Both the position numbers and the translations under genes were made by a program. A DNA stretch of 64,000 nt, taken from positions 416,001 through 480,000 of the forward strand of contig CAVRJM010000001.1 of the NCBI GenBank assembly GCA_963722075.1, read 5' to 3'. This DNA is from Candidatus Babeliales bacterium (GTDB lineage Bacteria > Babelota > Babeliae > Babelales > JANWKD01). The notes under the pieces were generated by a model. It was not told where the DNA came from, did not search any database, and was given only the letters and a program-made list of their open reading frames with translations. Each line of letters opens with the position of its first letter. The first letter of the stretch is position 1. This document shows, in pieces, positions 38,436 through 49,088 of this stretch.

Positions 38436-39353
38436 TCATTTCATATCATTAAAAATTTTTTGTGCCTTAATTATTGATCGTGCGGATTTCTTCATTGTTT
38501 CCCATGGATCACCCTTTTTTTCTAAGCGTTTAAACACCGTAAAAATTGAATACCGCTGAGAATCTAATTTGGCATCATCAACTTCATGCCAATCGATGGG
38601 GGTAGCAACGGGAGCACCTGGATGCGCTCTAATAGCATAAGGTGCTACTGCAGTTGCTGTATATGAATTACGTAAATAATCTAAAAAAATTTTTTTTCCG
38701 CGTTTTGATTTACGCAGCTCCAGCGTTAAGTTATCAGGATCAACTTGTTGTAAAAAAAATGCAATATCATAGGCAAATGCACGCACTTTTTCAAAAGGCT
38801 GCTTACGATCAAGCGGAACCACCACATGCAATCCGCGCGATCCGGTGGTCATTACAAACGGCACTAAGCCAAGTTTTTCTAAAAATTCTTTAAAAAGGAG
38901 CGCCGTTTTTCTGATTTGATTAAAATCAAATTTTTCCCCGGAAGGATCTAAATCAAAAATCATACGATCGGGGTAATTGAGCTTATCAATTTTACTCAGC
39001 CAAATATGAGGCGTTAAACAAAGTTGGTTTGCTAAATAAACTAGGGTCGCTTTTTGATCAACCACAACATAATGAACAATTTTACCCTCTTCCGATTTAA
39101 TCGGTTCTAAGGTAATCCACTTAGGAAAATATTCTCCCGCGTTTTTTTGAAAAAATCCTTCTTCATTAATGCCATTAGGATACCGCAGCATAGAAACGGG
39201 TCGATTTTTCATATACGGTATCATGGTAGCAGCAATTTGGTAATAATAAGCAACTACTTCTTGTTTAGTAATTTTATCCATTGGAAACAGAATCTTATCA
39301 AGATGAGTAAGCTCAATAGTATGTCCGCTAATGGTAATATTATTTTTTACCAT
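38436..39353 (-). CDS. LigD polymerase (primase-polymerase) domain, stand-alone
   Basis: RYPNGI, FFQK, PDRMIFDLDP, TTGSRGLH, FLDYLRN, APYAIR; ORF open from 39365. Confidence 0.92.
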   Translation of the reverse strand: MVKNNITISGHTIELTHLDKILFPMDKITKQEVVAYYYQIAATMIPYMKNRPVSMLRYPNGINEEGFFQKNAGEYFPKWITLEPIKSEEGKIVHYVVVDQKATLVYLANQLCLTPHIWLSKIDKLNYPDRMIFDLDPSGEKFDFNQIRKTALLFKEFLEKLGLVPFVMTTGSRGLHVVVPLDRKQPFEKVRAFAYDIAFFLQQVDPDNLTLELRKSKRGKKIFLDYLRNSYTATAVAPYAIRAHPGAPVATPIDWHEVDDAKLDSQRYSIFTVFKRLEKKGDPWETMKKSARSIIKAQKIFNDMK

Positions 39354-39951
39354 ACTTAGCCTCAACTTGTGCTTCTTTTTTTATTTGAGCTAACGTACGG
39401 TCGGAAAGCGCTGATTTTGTTTTATTCTTTATGGCCGGAATTTTTTTATCCTCTTTCATTTTAAATATAAGCCAATTTTTTTTATCATCATGTAATTTAG
39501 TACGAACTAATGCGTACAAGCCATGTAATTTTTTACCTTCTAAATTAACTTCGATTTTCCCATCCAGCAATGCTTTTTCCATCGAAATGCCATAGGGCTC
39601 TTTAGCATTTTCAAAGGTACCGATATCCCACACCATAACCGTTCCTGCTCCATAATTTCCTTCAGGAATTACCCCTTCAAAGGTTGCGTAATCCATGGGA
39701 TGATCTTCCGTCATCACCGCTAAATGCTTTTCATTAGGATTGGTGGAAGGTCCTTTTGGCACGGCCCAAGAAACTAATACGCCATCAATTTCAAGCCTAA
39801 AATCATAATGCAAATGAGAAGCGTCATGCTTTTGAATAACAAAAATGGGATTCTTTTTTTTAGTTCTTTTAACTACCCCGCGCGGTTCAGGCGTTTTTTT
39901 AAAAGAACGTTTCTTGCGATACTCTTTTAACGGCGTTTTTTTTGTAGGCAT
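39340..39951 (-). CDS. LigD 3'-phosphoesterase domain, stand-alone
   Basis: YRKKRSFKKTPEP, FVIQKHDASHLHYDFRLE, SWAVPKGP, EDHP, YGAG; start after GGAG (ORF open from 40053). Confidence 0.92.
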   Translation of the reverse strand: MPTKKTPLKEYRKKRSFKKTPEPRGVVKRTKKKNPIFVIQKHDASHLHYDFRLEIDGVLVSWAVPKGPSTNPNEKHLAVMTEDHPMDYATFEGVIPEGNYGAGTVMVWDIGTFENAKEPYGISMEKALLDGKIEVNLEGKKLHGLYALVRTKLHDDKKNWLIFKMKEDKKIPAIKNKTKSALSDRTLAQIKKEAQVEAKYGKK

Positions 39952-40194
39952 CGAAACTCCAGAGAGAGAATTCAAAATACAAAAACAAATGAGTAAGCGG
40001 TTTAATGATATGTTCATGAGCATATGGTATAATGCCCTATTATATTTTTTCAAGAATATGAGTGGAATCTTTTAAGAGCTGTATAGCCCATTAATCCTAT
40101 TCCTGCTGTTTTCCTCTAGATTCTATTAAGTTTATATCTTTAATTACTTCTAATGCAAAAAAATTTGCTCAATTGATATAAACGTACAAATGTA

Positions 40195-40389
40195 CGTCGT
40201 TGCGAGCTTGTCGAAGCAATCCAGTCTTTTTAAAATTTTTCAAAGTTTTATCAATTTTGCTTGTGAATAATAATACTTATATTTTAAATTTAAACCTTTT
40301 AATAATTCATTCAACTTTAGCCTATCACTTTTTACAAATGCTTATTGTATTATTTTAATCTTGATTGCTTCGACAGGCTCGCAACGACG
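40195..40389. repeat. Palindromic repeat cluster F: two inverted 30-nt units around a 135-nt AT-rich spacer (MITE-like)
   Basis: 40195-40224 versus the reverse complement of 40360-40389: 28 of 30 identical. Confidence 0.85.
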
Positions 40390-40497
40390 GTTTTCCGCGC
40401 TTATGTTATCACCTGGTGCAGATCAATGTGATAGATTAAACACGTTCTAAGTCTTGTGTACAATTATGCTTTTAAGACTCAACACAAAAAAATCACT

Positions 40498-42006
40498 TTA
40501 TTTCCATTGCATTGCTAAATCAACAAGCAAGCGAACGCCTACGCCCGTAGCACCGGTAGAATAATAACTAATATCAGGAACATCAAAAGCAGTTCCAGCA
40601 ATATCTAAATGCACCCATGGCGTTTCGCCAACAAAATTCTGTAAAAAAAATCCAGCCGTAATAGCACCTGCTTTATATTTTGAACTACCAATATTGCAAA
40701 TATCTGCAACCTGAGACTTAATTGCTGCTTTATAATCATTATCAAATGGCAGTGGCCATACGCGATCACCTGATGTTTTTGCTGCTTCTTGCACCTTATT
40801 TGCTAATTCCTGATGCTGGCTCATCATACCGCTAAAGAATGGCCCTAATGCATAGGCGCATGCTCCGGTAAGCGTTGCTAAATCTATAATGGCATCAGGC
40901 TTATAATGCTTTACTGCATACGAAAGCGCATCAGCCAAAATTAAACGCCCTTCAGCATCAGTATTACGAACTTCTGCTGTTTTGCCATTATAAAAACGTA
41001 AAATATCGCCTGGCTTAGTTGCTTTACCACTTGGCATATTTTCTGAAAGTGGTGCAATAGCAATAATATTTACTGGTGGCTTTAAATGAGCAAGTGCTTG
41101 CATAGCACCAATCACCGCAGCAGCACCGGACATGTCTTCTTTCATGGTTTCCATCGAAGCCGCTGGTTTAATACTCAAACCACCTGAATCAAAGGTGATT
41201 CCTTTACCAACAAATGCTATTGTTTGCGCATGCGGCTTGGTGGTCTTATATTCCATAATCACTAATTTTGCATCTTGATCAGATCCTGCTGAAACGCCCG
41301 CAAGTCCGCCCATCCCCATTTCTTTAATTTCATGCTCAGTAAAAATGGTAATACCAAGGCCATGATTATGCGCAATCTGTTTTGCTTTATCAGCAAGCTC
41401 CATTGGCGGTAATGCAGTTGGTGGTAAATCAACCCAATTACGCGCATCATTTACCGCGCGAGCAATAATTAATCCGTCATGCGCACCTTCTTGAGTGTCT
41501 TTAATGAGAGCCGGTTCAACAACACCAGTAATCATAATATTATGATCAACTTTGCGCTCTGGATCAGTGATATACGAATCAAATTGGTACGCTGCCATTT
41601 TTGCAATAACTGCAGTTTGCTGTGCTAAATAGTGCTGCGTAACACCAAAAAGAGTCGCTGAAGGCAATACCATCGCCGTATGTTTTAATTTGCGACTTTG
41701 TACCGTTTTAACCATTTTACCAAGCGCGCGCCGATATACTTCAATATCAATCACCCCTTTAACTGGTTTTCCTAAACCAGCAAAAAATAGGGTGTGATTT
41801 TTTTTACCTACCGAGCAAGGGACAATCAATAATGAACCATTCTTTCCAGTGAATGATGATTCATGCATGAAATCAAGCAACGTAGGGAAATAGGTTGAAG
41901 CAATTTCTTGTAATTGCGGTGTAGTTGAAAAATCTTGCTCTAGAAACAGAGCGGTCGCTTCAGATTTATGAGTTAAAAGCGGTTTATCAGAAAATGTTAT
42001 TTCCAT
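40498..42006 (-). CDS. pepA: Leucyl aminopeptidase (M17)
   Basis: VGKGITFDSGG, MKEDMSG, NTDAEGRLIL, ATLTGA, HLDIAG. Confidence 0.96.
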   Translation of the reverse strand: MEITFSDKPLLTHKSEATALFLEQDFSTTPQLQEIASTYFPTLLDFMHESSFTGKNGSLLIVPCSVGKKNHTLFFAGLGKPVKGVIDIEVYRRALGKMVKTVQSRKLKHTAMVLPSATLFGVTQHYLAQQTAVIAKMAAYQFDSYITDPERKVDHNIMITGVVEPALIKDTQEGAHDGLIIARAVNDARNWVDLPPTALPPMELADKAKQIAHNHGLGITIFTEHEIKEMGMGGLAGVSAGSDQDAKLVIMEYKTTKPHAQTIAFVGKGITFDSGGLSIKPAASMETMKEDMSGAAAVIGAMQALAHLKPPVNIIAIAPLSENMPSGKATKPGDILRFYNGKTAEVRNTDAEGRLILADALSYAVKHYKPDAIIDLATLTGACAYALGPFFSGMMSQHQELANKVQEAAKTSGDRVWPLPFDNDYKAAIKSQVADICNIGSSKYKAGAITAGFFLQNFVGETPWVHLDIAGTAFDVPDISYYSTGATGVGVRLLVDLAMQWK

Positions 42007-42076
42007 AGAAAATCTCTTATTAAATATTTTTAACTATTTATGTAATTATAAAAAATAATACGAGGTATGACTAGAG

Positions 42077-42109
42077 TTAAGGGCCCGTATACTCGATACG
42101 AGCCCTTAA
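42077..42109 (-). terminator. Probable terminator hairpin after the 1934-aa gene
   Basis: TTAAGGGCCCGTAT/ATACGAGCCCTTAA stem; one mismatch becomes G-U on the minus strand; weak U tail. Confidence 0.6.
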
Positions 42110-42118
42110 TTATTTTTG

Positions 42119-45100
42119 CTATTTCTTTTGTGCAGCGGGCGGCGCAGCATACCGATATTCCAATCGATATGGGAGGCCATTCTTATCATAACCCACGGAA
42201 AGTTGTAATAAATCAAGCAATGTTAATAATTGGGATGAATTGAGCGATTGCCCTGTTGGGAACCCTGTTTCATCGTATAAAATACCATTGCTGATATCCA
42301 CCGACCAGCCATTACTTTCTGGCGTATAATATGTTTGACCAGCATCTTGCGGTTGGCCAAGCGGATACACATAACGGTTTATGGTTCCCTTCACCTTCTT
42401 ATAAATGAACATATTACCGGTATTATCCAAGGTAACATTCCCTGCACTTTTCATTGGTACCGTTCTCAATGAGGAATTAGTAGGCACAGAAGCAGGAAAA
42501 TATACCGTTCCAGCGCTCTTCTCTGCATTTAATTGGGATACCAATGCACGACGTCCTACGCCCGTTACTGGGGTGCCAAATGGCACAAAGCTACTGACAT
42601 TAAGACCACCAAATCCACCTTCACAATAATTATTTTTCTGCAATTGAGATATGCTTCCTTGTTTTAAGAGTGCAAGATTTAAATGGAAGGTTGTCGAGTC
42701 ATCGCATACTTCAAACTCAGGGTTCAATAAATAATAATCAAATTCAAAATCATATGAAGTACCGCCATCCTGAATGGTTAACCACGTAGCCATTAACCCA
42801 ATACCATTAGATGCATTTGGTTGTATCGACTGCTTATTTATCTTCACCGTAATTTGTTGTTTGGTTACACTACCATCAGTAGTATTTGTTTTATTATAAA
42901 AAGTGGTCATAGTTCCGGGGTTGAACATACACAATTGGTTCTGATAAAGCACGCCCAAGAGCGTATGTTGTTTATCAAACACAATGCCATATGTTTTAGG
43001 ACGTGCTGGCGTTAATGGAATATTATCGATATCAGTAATATAATTATCAGTGGTATTGAATACTCCTTGTTCTACTGGTTGGCCCGTATCACGCGTTTGA
43101 GCGTATAATAAGAGCGAATAATATAAGCCTGGATCTTTATCATACTTACCCAGCAAGGTAAATTGACCAGTTGCAGAAACATTCCATACTAAATAAAAGG
43201 GATTCGTTTCTCCCGTCATAGCAGGATGTTGCACATCTATTTTGCTGCCATCTGAATTGGTAGTACACCACATAACCCGAATCTTCTGATCAGGATTAGC
43301 ATCATTAACCATTTCAAAGTAGGTTCCTTGCACCTTGTAATCCTTGGTTTCCATAGCAGCAAATTGACCAACCATCGTATAAAAGCCATACGGGCTCAGC
43401 GGTTTACCAACAGCTTGACTTGGCGCTAAGGCAACTTTTTTAACATCATCAGCATCGTAACCGATCAGTAATTTATTCCCTGTCTTATCGGTATAAACCT
43501 CCGATTCAAACCAACGTGGCGTACCATCAAGGTTATACCCATAGCCTGAAGCTAAATCGATATAGTATGATTGCACCCCTGAAGTAACTTTTACAAAGAA
43601 TGCATCTATCTGCGTATGATAATAAAAATCAAACTGCGCACCAGCCTTAATGCTTTCAAAGCCAGTGGCAGGTATCATAAATTGCCCGCTTGGATTGTCT
43701 TTCGTTTTAGTACCTTGCATTGGTAATGTTGACACCGTTACGCCAAGCATGCGTTGTTGTTGCCCTTGAGCATTAACAACAACCCCTGCAAAGTTCCGCG
43801 CTTGTAGCAATGCCCATCCCGTCAATAACCCCGTTGCCTGCCCAGTGCTATCATATACCATGCCCATTCCTGAATCGTACGTTTGAGTAATATTGAAATC
43901 GATGAAAGTAGTATCAGGACCAAAATTAGTTGCTGGGGTATTTGCTGGCGGCGTACTAAACACATACCCAGGCGTCATAACATAATATTTTAATAACGTA
44001 GATCCTAATTTATATTGCTTTAAATATCGCGGTAACAAATTAGGATTATCAACAAACGGCAATGTTTTTAATTGTGCTATCACGTCACTATTCAAGGGTG
44101 CATATATTTTCTTATCAGCAGCTTCCTGATCAGCAATTTGCTTACCATACGCTTTAATGTTAGTAACGGTTTGCTGCGCTAACGTTTTAATTTTTTTTAC
44201 CAGATCGGAGCGTAATGGCAACGGCGCCGTTTTTTGTGCGATTATACCAAGGGTTCGATTTGCAAAACCGAGCACATCGGTAATAGTATCTTTGATTTTA
44301 AACATGCCGTAGGAACCAAGATAATTACCGGTACGATCAAAGGTAGCACCGGAAATTAAACTCACAATTGAATACGTATTAGCACCTAACTGCGTACCAA
44401 ATTCATAATTGTACACCGTATTACCTTGCACATCTTTGATTGGGTTATTCGAAGAATCAAGTGCTGCAGTACGTTCCACACATACATAATAATCGTTCAC
44501 TTGTTGTATTACGGATGCCACCTCATTTCCTTTTGCATCCAACGGGCTTGGTAAATTAGTAACATCAGCATAAATAAATTGGTCAGCAAAATAATCTTGT
44601 TTATTTAAATATAAAAGGACCGTACCAAAGCCAGTTCCTGGCCCATACAAATTATTAATAATTGAAGCAGTATATGCTGCTTGCGAATCAGTAATTTTTT
44701 GTAACAAACTTGAAATGGTAATATGCGCTCGTTTTACTAAAGTATCCACATTCAATGGCGGCTGACTTACTTTACTACCCGGTAATTTATTTGCAGTCGG
44801 TTGTGCTGCCGCTGCATATACATTACCATTACTCAAACTTATGGCATATGACTGCCCACCAAACGCTTGTCCAATATTTTTACCGGTAGGATCATCCGCC
44901 ATTACTAAATATTCATCAGGGTAATTATCAGAAACATATACATAGTTTTGTTTTGCAATTGCATCATCACTGACTGCCTGCACTTGAATAGGCCCTAAGG
45001 TAGTTTGCGCAAAATCAAATGGTCCCATTTGATCGGTAATATACGAAGGATTGTTTTTATCAAGTGTTGCTATCCATTTATCATGCGTGGTGTATATGGC

Positions 45101-47923
45101 AGTTAACAATGCTGACTTTCCTAAAAATGTTTTAACGGTATTTGAACCCATTTTTAACTGATTAAGTGCCCAATACTGCCCAAATGCTGTACGTGCAGCA
45201 GCAGGTATCGGTGGTTGAATATCTTTACCAAACAATGGATTAAATGGATATTCCATAAATAATGTATAAAGCGGCGATTTACCAGTATATAAAAGTTTAT
45301 ATTTGGTTACATCATCCGGTACACTATTGGTTACAAACGGGGTTCCGGAGGTGCTGTCGTCACCAATTGTTTGGTAAATATACAGGGGGAGCAAGGTATT
45401 GGTCAACGTGCGATTTCCATAGGGCTGCAAGACAGCATTATAAGAACGACTAGTTACTAAGCTTACAAACAATACCAAATCGGCAGATGGTAATTGAAGT
45501 ATATTTTTCTTCGCATCTATACCTATAAAGTAATCATCAATTCCCTTACCTAAATAATCAGCCGCCTTATAAATAAATGTATTTGCCGCAAGCAATGTTG
45601 GATCAATAGTCAAAGTAACCGATCCGTAACTAAATGGCCCCTTTACTGCTTGCTCCGAGCAATATGTTTTAATTACATCAATTTGATTTGCAAGCATTTG
45701 ATCGCCTTGTACAAGGTCACTTATTTTTATGGCAGGAGCTTTATACGTGGTAAGGCCGCTCGTAGTATATAAATATCCCTCTTCCTGCAATAAGCTCGCC
45801 ATATATTTTATTTCAGGATTTAAAATATAGGTTGCATAATTATACGGCGGTTGCGGAATGGGAACTTGTAACGGTATTATATTATCTTGGTCATCCATAA
45901 ATACCACATAATCCACTAAGTTATCAAGAGCTGCTTTATCTTCAGGATTGTCAGGAGACAATGAGCTGCGAATGTTTTGAATAAATGGCGTATCTTTTGT
46001 TTGATAAATATGAACACCTTTGGCAACATAAGGCTCATCAGTACCAAGTTGTTCTGAAGGGGCAATGAATTTCGCTAATGGAGTGCCATTAAGGCCTCGA
46101 ATGCCCTGAACTGAATAGTTACCAAACTTAAGACCATTTTGAAGTGCCATTATAGTTTGATTTAATAAAGGCGGATAAAGATTCTCCCCTTTCCCCGCTG
46201 GTGTTGCAAATAAACTGCCAATAAACGGGTTTCCTTTATAACCAGTTGAACGATTCAGTTGATAATACTGATACACTTCCCCTTTGGCACCGCTTGCAAC
46301 TTCTCCTGATAGAGCGTCTAAGATTTCTTTTAAACTTTGAGTTTTGCCCGTGGCTTCAAGTAATGGCACCGTCATATTATCAGGATCATTCGGTTGCCCA
46401 TCACCCACAAATACATAACCGGTGTTTAAATGAATCATCACATTTGGAAAATTATTAGCATCATTAATAGCGCTGCTTGCAACAGTACCATACTCTGGAA
46501 AGGCTGCATAATAATTTGCTGTTTTTAAAAATTCATCATTTAAAGGCTGCCCTTCATAAGGAACACCCACATAGACAAATTTAGAATTGGCTGGCTGTTC
46601 ATTATTAATAAACTCATTTGGCAATTTCATTAAAATACCGCCAAATTTTTGAATCTTTTTAAGATTATTTATTTGACTTATATTATTAAAAACATCTTCA
46701 ATAGCTTGCATGCCCATAGGCCCTAAGCCAAAAAGAATGCCTCCAATAAGCTGAGAACCAAAATGAGTCCATAAAAATCCAGGAGATGCTTTGAAACCTT
46801 CAATCAGCTTTCTACCTACATTTCCCATGCGAACGCTATTATTTTCAAACCAGCCGGAATTATCTAATAACTTTTTACGAGAAGTAGTAACTGCTTCTTC
46901 AGCTTCTTTAAGCTCTCCTTGAGCATCAGTCAATTCCGTGGCATTAGAACCTTTACCATGAAGACCTTCATAATACTTTACTTTTTTTTTAGCTAAGTCA
47001 CGAGCTCCTTTTGCCTGTTCATATTCTTGATTTGCTTGTCGTTTTATCAGTTCCTGATTTGTTTTTTCAGCATCTTTAGCAGCCGCCTTATTTTCAGTAA
47101 GCTCTCCCTTGCGTTGTGCAATAGCATCATCATCACCAGCTTCTCGAGCTCGCTTTAAATTATATTCTGATTGAAGCGTTTCCTTGCGCGCACTTAATAC
47201 ATTATCTTGCGCTTCTGTCTTTAATGATTTTGCATTTTTGTTATAAACTTCTTGTGCTGCATCTAAATCACTTTTAGCTGTAGTGAGATCACCTGGGCCG
47301 CCCTTATATATTTCTTTTATATTATTTTGCTTTTGCAAAACGTCATCGTGAGAAATATCACGCGCAACAACTTTTGGCGATTCTTTATCTAAACTTATTT
47401 TAAGTGGCTCAGGAACGTCAACTACGTCATGAGGAACAACTTTAGCACCCTTAATAACCTTACTAGCATTGGGAAAATCTTCTAAAACTGCTTGTTCTTG
47501 AATACTTATACCATTATCTTTTACAATTGTTTCTAATTTATCTATAAAACCAGTATTTGCTTCCACCGCAAGTTTATTGGCTGCCTCCATATCAATTTCT
47601 AGTTTTCCTCCCTCAACTTCGTGAATTTCGCTCTTCAGTTGTTTTGCCCACGAATCAATTTCTTCAGTCATTGCGTTTAGTTCTGCTTCTGGTAAATTGG
47701 CTAATCTATCCCCTGTTAAATTACCCATTTGTTCAGAAATTTCTCCAACAAGTTCTTGTTCAGCTTCTGGTCCCAATTTACTGACAACATCTTCACCGAG
47801 TCCCTCTATAAGTGCTTTTTCAGCAACTTCTCCAACACCTTCCATAGCACAAATTTTATTATTAATTTCGGCACACAATAAAAAAATTAGAAATATAAAA
47901 AAGCTAATTCTAGTAAGCTTCAT
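42119..47923 (-). CDS. Large secreted hypothetical protein (1934 aa)
   Basis: Signal peptide then AMEG; coiled-coil N-region, hydrophobic segment, repeated beta-rich modules. Confidence 0.8.
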   Translation of the reverse strand: MKLTRISFFIFLIFLLCAEINNKICAMEGVGEVAEKALIEGLGEDVVSKLGPEAEQELVGEISEQMGNLTGDRLANLPEAELNAMTEEIDSWAKQLKSEIHEVEGGKLEIDMEAANKLAVEANTGFIDKLETIVKDNGISIQEQAVLEDFPNASKVIKGAKVVPHDVVDVPEPLKISLDKESPKVVARDISHDDVLQKQNNIKEIYKGGPGDLTTAKSDLDAAQEVYNKNAKSLKTEAQDNVLSARKETLQSEYNLKRAREAGDDDAIAQRKGELTENKAAAKDAEKTNQELIKRQANQEYEQAKGARDLAKKKVKYYEGLHGKGSNATELTDAQGELKEAEEAVTTSRKKLLDNSGWFENNSVRMGNVGRKLIEGFKASPGFLWTHFGSQLIGGILFGLGPMGMQAIEDVFNNISQINNLKKIQKFGGILMKLPNEFINNEQPANSKFVYVGVPYEGQPLNDEFLKTANYYAAFPEYGTVASSAINDANNFPNVMIHLNTGYVFVGDGQPNDPDNMTVPLLEATGKTQSLKEILDALSGEVASGAKGEVYQYYQLNRSTGYKGNPFIGSLFATPAGKGENLYPPLLNQTIMALQNGLKFGNYSVQGIRGLNGTPLAKFIAPSEQLGTDEPYVAKGVHIYQTKDTPFIQNIRSSLSPDNPEDKAALDNLVDYVVFMDDQDNIIPLQVPIPQPPYNYATYILNPEIKYMASLLQEEGYLYTTSGLTTYKAPAIKISDLVQGDQMLANQIDVIKTYCSEQAVKGPFSYGSVTLTIDPTLLAANTFIYKAADYLGKGIDDYFIGIDAKKNILQLPSADLVLFVSLVTSRSYNAVLQPYGNRTLTNTLLPLYIYQTIGDDSTSGTPFVTNSVPDDVTKYKLLYTGKSPLYTLFMEYPFNPLFGKDIQPPIPAAARTAFGQYWALNQLKMGSNTVKTFLGKSALLTAIYTTHDKWIATLDKNNPSYITDQMGPFDFAQTTLGPIQVQAVSDDAIAKQNYVYVSDNYPDEYLVMADDPTGKNIGQAFGGQSYAISLSNGNVYAAAAQPTANKLPGSKVSQPPLNVDTLVKRAHITISSLLQKITDSQAAYTASIINNLYGPGTGFGTVLLYLNKQDYFADQFIYADVTNLPSPLDAKGNEVASVIQQVNDYYVCVERTAALDSSNNPIKDVQGNTVYNYEFGTQLGANTYSIVSLISGATFDRTGNYLGSYGMFKIKDTITDVLGFANRTLGIIAQKTAPLPLRSDLVKKIKTLAQQTVTNIKAYGKQIADQEAADKKIYAPLNSDVIAQLKTLPFVDNPNLLPRYLKQYKLGSTLLKYYVMTPGYVFSTPPANTPATNFGPDTTFIDFNITQTYDSGMGMVYDSTGQATGLLTGWALLQARNFAGVVVNAQGQQQRMLGVTVSTLPMQGTKTKDNPSGQFMIPATGFESIKAGAQFDFYYHTQIDAFFVKVTSGVQSYYIDLASGYGYNLDGTPRWFESEVYTDKTGNKLLIGYDADDVKKVALAPSQAVGKPLSPYGFYTMVGQFAAMETKDYKVQGTYFEMVNDANPDQKIRVMWCTTNSDGSKIDVQHPAMTGETNPFYLVWNVSATGQFTLLGKYDKDPGLYYSLLLYAQTRDTGQPVEQGVFNTTDNYITDIDNIPLTPARPKTYGIVFDKQHTLLGVLYQNQLCMFNPGTMTTFYNKTNTTDGSVTKQQITVKINKQSIQPNASNGIGLMATWLTIQDGGTSYDFEFDYYLLNPEFEVCDDSTTFHLNLALLKQGSISQLQKNNYCEGGFGGLNVSSFVPFGTPVTGVGRRALVSQLNAEKSAGTVYFPASVPTNSSLRTVPMKSAGNVTLDNTGNMFIYKKVKGTINRYVYPLGQPQDAGQTYYTPESNGWSVDISNGILYDETGFPTGQSLNSSQLLTLLDLLQLSVGYDKNGLPYRLEYRYAAPPAAQKK

Positions 47924-48171
47924 ACCTAAACTCCTACTAACTTCGTCTCATTTTTTAATAATTATTTTTTATAATAGAAGAGCGATTTTACAAAATTCAA
48001 TGTTTTATAAAATTCTAAGGTAAAGGAGGGTTGAATTTAGAATTAGCAAACGCTTAAATAAATATGAAAAGAGCATATTATATCTGTTCACTGAAAATAA
48101 TGATATTCATAAGTAATTAACTTATTTAATGAAGGATTATTACAGTAGCAAGTTACATTGCGGTAATATTC

Positions 48172-48984
48172 TTAATTAATTGTAATTCCAAGTTCTTGCA
48201 AATCTTCTAGTAATTGATCCGCATTTTTAAAATGAATACCAATAATACCTTCTTGCGCTGCAGCTTCTACATTTTTTAATTTATCATCAATAAAAATGAG
48301 TTTGCGATTTCTCAATTCAGGATTATTACCAATCGCTTCTTTTAATTTGGTAAAATAGGCAAGATCTGGTTTTTTTAAGATAATATAGGTATGGCTTTTT
48401 GAAGAATCTTCATAAGAATAATCAGTATTATAATCGCAGGTATAAATTAATGAATAATGCCCTACCGATGGCACCACCCCATTGCTCATTAAATCTTTAA
48501 AGGTTGATTCTTCATGACTGGTAGCAATCACAATAGGATATTTTTGCTCAAACAGGTTTAGCATCAATTCAATAGAATGTTTATACGCTTTTGCTTAATT
48601 TATATAACGCCGCAATTGTTCCATCAAAGGAATTGATGAATAAGTATCTTGCGCCACTATAGGAAATTTTTCTTCAACCTGCCGCAAATAAATATCAAAA
48701 CTTCCTTGGTCAACTTCTCTTTTAAAGTTATTTTTAAATTCAACACCTAAAGCAGGAATCGTCTTAACTAATTCTATTTTATTGGTAGCATCGACAAAAA
48801 AATTATAAATAAAACTAATATACGATTCTTCAGCTTTTCCGCGATCTAATAATACTTGATCAACATCCCACATAAGTACTGGTAATGTATCTTCATCATG
48901 AGAAATTGGATTTTCAGGGTAAATTATAGTGCCTTGTAAAGGAAAATAGAGAGCAAGAATAAGAAATAAAGATAATCGTTTCAA
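48172..48984 (-). pseudogene. HAD-superfamily phosphatase interrupted by one in-frame TAA (48595-48597)
   Basis: Motif I WDVDQVL in the 5' ORF; ATS, KKPD and FIDDKLKNV in the 3' ORF; both ORFs share the same frame. Confidence 0.75.
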
Positions 48985-49088
48985 TAGTATATAACCTCCA
49001 ACAACTAATAAGTATTTAATGTATCATATACTATGAAAATTGTCAAATTTCTATTTGAATTAAATAAGGACTATAGACAAACGCCTTC

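Noticed and set aside
48595..48597. Stop-codon reassignment
   Set aside because: TAA terminates many conserved genes in the window at expected positions; only one internal case.
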